Assembly (NCBI GenBank): GCA_965242695.1 | Contig: CBDESU010000001.1 | Span: 384,001 to 448,000, forward strand | Reading direction: 5' to 3' | Source: Cenarchaeum sp. | GTDB taxonomy: Archaea; Thermoproteota; Nitrososphaeria; Nitrososphaerales; Nitrosopumilaceae | Length of the DNA stretch: 64,000 nt | Shown: piece by piece, positions 61,901-64,000 of the stretch | Position numbering within the stretch: position 1 is the stretch's first letter | Layout of the letters: each line of letters begins with the position of its first letter | The notes under the pieces: generated by a model | What the model was told of the DNA's origin: nothing | The model's database searches: none | What the model saw: only the letters and a program-made list of their open reading frames with translations | Made by a program: the position numbers and the translations under genes

Positions 61901-64000
61901 CCGGGCGGCGCGCCGCCGAACGCGACCGGCAGCGTGGCGATTGACGGCACGGCCGTCATGTCGCCGGGAATGGACATGCGGCTCGGCAACGGCACGGTCC
62001 AGCGCACGCTTGCCGACGGCCAGTCGCCGTCGGTGCTCGGCGCCACGGCCGTATCGCTCGACACGATACGGGTCTTGTTCAGCGAGCCCGTGGCGGCCCC
62101 GGGAACAGGCGCCGGCGGCTGGTCGGTGTCGGGCCGCGACGCGGCGGGCCTCGCCGTCGCATCGATCCGGGACGTTGCGGAGCCGTCGAACTTGCTCGAC
62201 CTCACACTGGGAGGCGATCTGCCCGACACGGCGCCCGACGCGATAACCCTCTCGTACCGCCCGGCCGACGGCGGCAGCGTCGAGGATGCGGCCGGAAACG
62301 GCCTTGTTGCCTCGTCGACGAGCGTCGCAGACGGGATCGCCCCAGAGGTTCGATCTGCCGTCGTTTCGGGGCCAAACGAGGCCGAGGTTCGGTACACGGA
62401 GCCGATGCGGGCCGCGCCAGGAGCGTACGCGTCAGTGATGCTGTCCTCGGGCGGGGGCACGCGCATGGTCGACGGCATCGAGGGCAACGGGACCCAAACC
62501 CACACGGTCTTGTTCGGCGGCGATCCGGCGGGGCCGAATGCGACCGGCGTACTGGAGGCGGATGCGGCGGCGGTGCGCGATGCGGCGGGTCATGCGCTAG
62601 CCGCAGGCGGCGCGATCGTGCTTGCCGACGGCCAGTCGCCGTCGGTGCTCGGCGCCACGGCCGTATCGCTCGACACCATCCGGGTCTTGTTCAGCGAGCC
62701 CGTGGCGGCCCCGGGCACGGGAGCCGGCGGCTGGTCGGTGTCTGGCCGCGACGCGGCGGGCCTTGCCGTCGCCTCGAGCCAGGACGCCGCAGGGCCGACA
62801 GACTCGCTCGATCTTGTCCTTGACGCCGATCTGCCCGACACGGCGCCCGACGGGGTGGTGATCTCGTACGATCCGGCAGGCGGCAACATTGCCGATCCGG
62901 TCGGCAACGAGCCTGCCGCCTCGTCGACGGACGTTGTCGACGGGATCGCCCCAGAGGTGAGGTCCGCCATTGTCGCGGGGCCGAACGCGGCCGAGGTTAT
63001 GTACACGGAGCCCGTGTGGGCCGCGCCCGGCGCGTACGCGTCCGTCATGCTGTCCTCGGGCGGCGGCCTGCGCGTGGTATCCAGCCTGGCGGGCAACGGG
63101 ACCGCCGTGCATACGGTGGCGTTTGGAGGCGAGCCTGCGGGGCCGGGGGAGACGGGCGTGCTAGAGATGGATGCGACGGCGGTACGCGATGCGGCCCGGC
63201 TTCCGCTCGGGACAAACGCCGCACTCCTGCTAAATCTGGCCGGCGCGGCGCCGCAGCCGGGCAACGCCACGGCCAGGGCCGTGTTTACTGCGACCAACAT
63301 CGCGACCATAACGTACTCGGCGGCGCTCGGGCCGCCGGCTGGCCACGACGGCCCCGTGTACGCCGCGGTCGAGATCAACGCAGAGGACGGCAGCGGAGGC
63401 GGCACGCGCCCCGTGTCCAGCGTGGAAGGGCTGGGCACGGCGGTCCACACCGTCGCGTTCGGCGGGGACGGCGTGGGCCGCAACCAGACGGGGACGATCA
63501 CGCTTGCGGTCGACCTGGAGGGGACGGGCGCCGCCGCAACCGGCATCGACCCGCCGCGGTTTGCGGCAGGCGAGATACCCGCCGCATCCGGCCTGACCGT
63601 GCAGACCGTCCTGGTTGCGCAGACGCGGCCGCCGCCGGTCAGCATCGAGCCGGACGGCTTTACCAGGGCGGTCGACGGCACCGCGGCCGGCGGGGATGCG
63701 CGCTTGGCGATCAACGTGACGGGGCTGGCCGGCGCGCCGGACGCGCAGGGCACGGCCGCGTTCCCGACAGAGGCAGTCACGCTGACGGCCTCGTTCGGCA
63801 CGGTGACGTTCCCGCCGGGCGTCACGGCAACATCCGTCCCCGCAGCCGGCGCGCTCTACCTGTACGTAGACGACGGCGGGACTTCCGACGAGGCCGCCAC
63901 CGCCGCCTTGGCGTATCCAAACTCTGGCGGAATGGTGCTGCGAACGATCGTCGAGGCCGGCGGCGGCGACGGCCGCATCACGTTCGACATGCCCGTCCGC
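58931..64000 (+). CDS. Giant surface protein with repeated Ig-like beta domains, open at the window end
   Basis: One frame, read at the start and end and spot-checked between, of at least 1690 codons. Signal peptide RRRRIAAVVPALAVAAAAAMLAVAA; recurring G..I.V.FSE.V / L.F.YTV..GD...DL.Y units; 612-bp internal repeat (62009, 62621). Confidence 0.88.
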   Translation, partial: MRHGPAAWGLSRQSWGGGGAEHRPRRRRIAAVVPALAVAAAAAMLAVAAPPDADAGSGTIDQCYRLGPSDIDSIRFRSSNGTYKIGDTIDIRVTVINTRAFDTGTSGNPSARHVLEHSKIRLETGGESDGFADFVTAPSYGRWVDYRYTVRAGDNSSDLDYHSTRALYWRLIGHGAYDHNVVHTNSGDFECLLPQPGGPGSLSNKSDIGIDGIAPRVANVTLSPPDGGYGLDDGVEFNVNFDDTVVYSGAAPILLLNLSSGEFRNATYASGNNTDRLTFAYVVQGGDDASDVGYNGTMALTTAGSMTDKPGNPANLTLSASGSLGRSGPVPIDATRPTVLNVTSPNGTGPHTEGSTIAIRVLFSENVEVVTTGGAPRIELDTGSPGGRYADYDSDASTAQTLAFSYSVAEGDETLDLAYANRMALSENGGIIQDEVGNRATNLTLADPAAAGPLGALGPIRLDAKGPAYVSVSSTTPNGTYGIGSSVAVTVTFNENVVVDTTGGTPRIALDTGSPGRYADYDSAASTARTLAFSYTVTEGDDTADLDYTAAAVILPNGGTIQDTVGNGADLDLPLPGTDGLLDSGTIRLETVRPVVEHVSSEAGTGPHSVDTVIDVRVKLDEAVIVNNSSGTPTIRLETGTTDRNATLVGGNNSDTLVFSYTVRQGDETDDLNYTGTTALSANGATIRDVAGNGADLDLPDWGNGDTLGERKDIAVDTAAPVVWFAHAEYPNHIRVTFDDPVASGSLNASAGWSISGPSAVNLSIAALGPVTMSAPRDNIVFTLNDTLPDTAPDLELSYDAGAGGIADEAGNLLQDTTGIVVADRIRPKIDEALITGNREITIAYTEPVAASQGAYSGLEIGGDARQLDPYDTDALLRQHAITFAGDPAPVPEPPSSMTVDGRAVLDGADQPNPLGDDILTVDIQDGRVLDVFSSRITGPDTAVIAYTRNAEAPLEAYSSLVVGGQDRMITGLAGGGAGAGSHFHTLTFAPGGAPPNATGSVAIDGTAVMSPGMDMRLGNGTVQRTLADGQSPSVLGATAVSLDTIRVLFSEPVAAPGTGAGGWSVSGRDAAGLAVASIRDVAEPSNLLDLTLGGDLPDTAPDAITLSYRPADGGSVEDAAGNGLVASSTSVADGIAPEVRSAVVSGPNEAEVRYTEPMRAAPGAYASVMLSSGGGTRMVDGIEGNGTQTHTVLFGGDPAGPNATGVLEADAAAVRDAAGHALAAGGAIVLADGQSPSVLGATAVSLDTIRVLFSEPVAAPGTGAGGWSVSGRDAAGLAVASSQDAAGPTDSLDLVLDADLPDTAPDGVVISYDPAGGNIADPVGNEPAASSTDVVDGIAPEVRSAIVAGPNAAEVMYTEPVWAAPGAYASVMLSSGGGLRVVSSLAGNGTAVHTVAFGGEPAGPGETGVLEMDATAVRDAARLPLGTNAALLLNLAGAAPQPGNATARAVFTATNIATITYSAALGPPAGHDGPVYAAVEINAEDGSGGGTRPVSSVEGLGTAVHTVAFGGDGVGRNQTGTITLAVDLEGTGAAATGIDPPRFAAGEIPAASGLTVQTVLVAQTRPPPVSIEPDGFTRAVDGTAAGGDARLAINVTGLAGAPDAQGTAAFPTEAVTLTASFGTVTFPPGVTATSVPAAGALYLYVDDGGTSDEAATAALAYPNSGGMVLRTIVEAGGGDGRITFDMPVR

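Overview
GC-rich archaeal DNA. Gene content (S26e, S25e, Rpo6, archaeal ThrRS, TATA boxes about 25 nt before GTG/TTG/ATG starts) and a giant Ig-like surface protein suggest a Nitrosopumilaceae/Cenarchaeum-like thaumarchaeote, possibly a sponge symbiont (inference). The housekeeping backbone is uvrBAC, trpEGDCBA, thrS, speB, pgsA, rps26e, two kinases, pyrG, a DHS-like gene, rps25e, a yhaM-like gene, rpo6, a DEAD-box helicase, tRNA-Thr and pdaD. It is interrupted by a decayed defence island (7.3-15.7 kb) holding a Hachiman-like pair and an unnamed two-gene nuclease module, and by three complete IS elements (IS630, IS3, single-ORF IS66) whose termini, target duplications and empty sites I could reconstruct by hand. 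The most striking signal is absent from the ORF track: two tandem, promoter-bearing, non-canonical 93-nt tRNA-like genes (23285-23554, minus strand). They have Leu anticodons CAG and UAG but Ser-like features (G73, 8-bp variable stem, A37) and lack U8, while CUG/CUA encode Leu at conserved protein positions in this window. Also notable are a HEPN-TPR protein, a 38-33-38 bp repeat-insert-repeat lesion and poly-G frameshift candidates. All family calls come from motifs read by eye; no searches were run.
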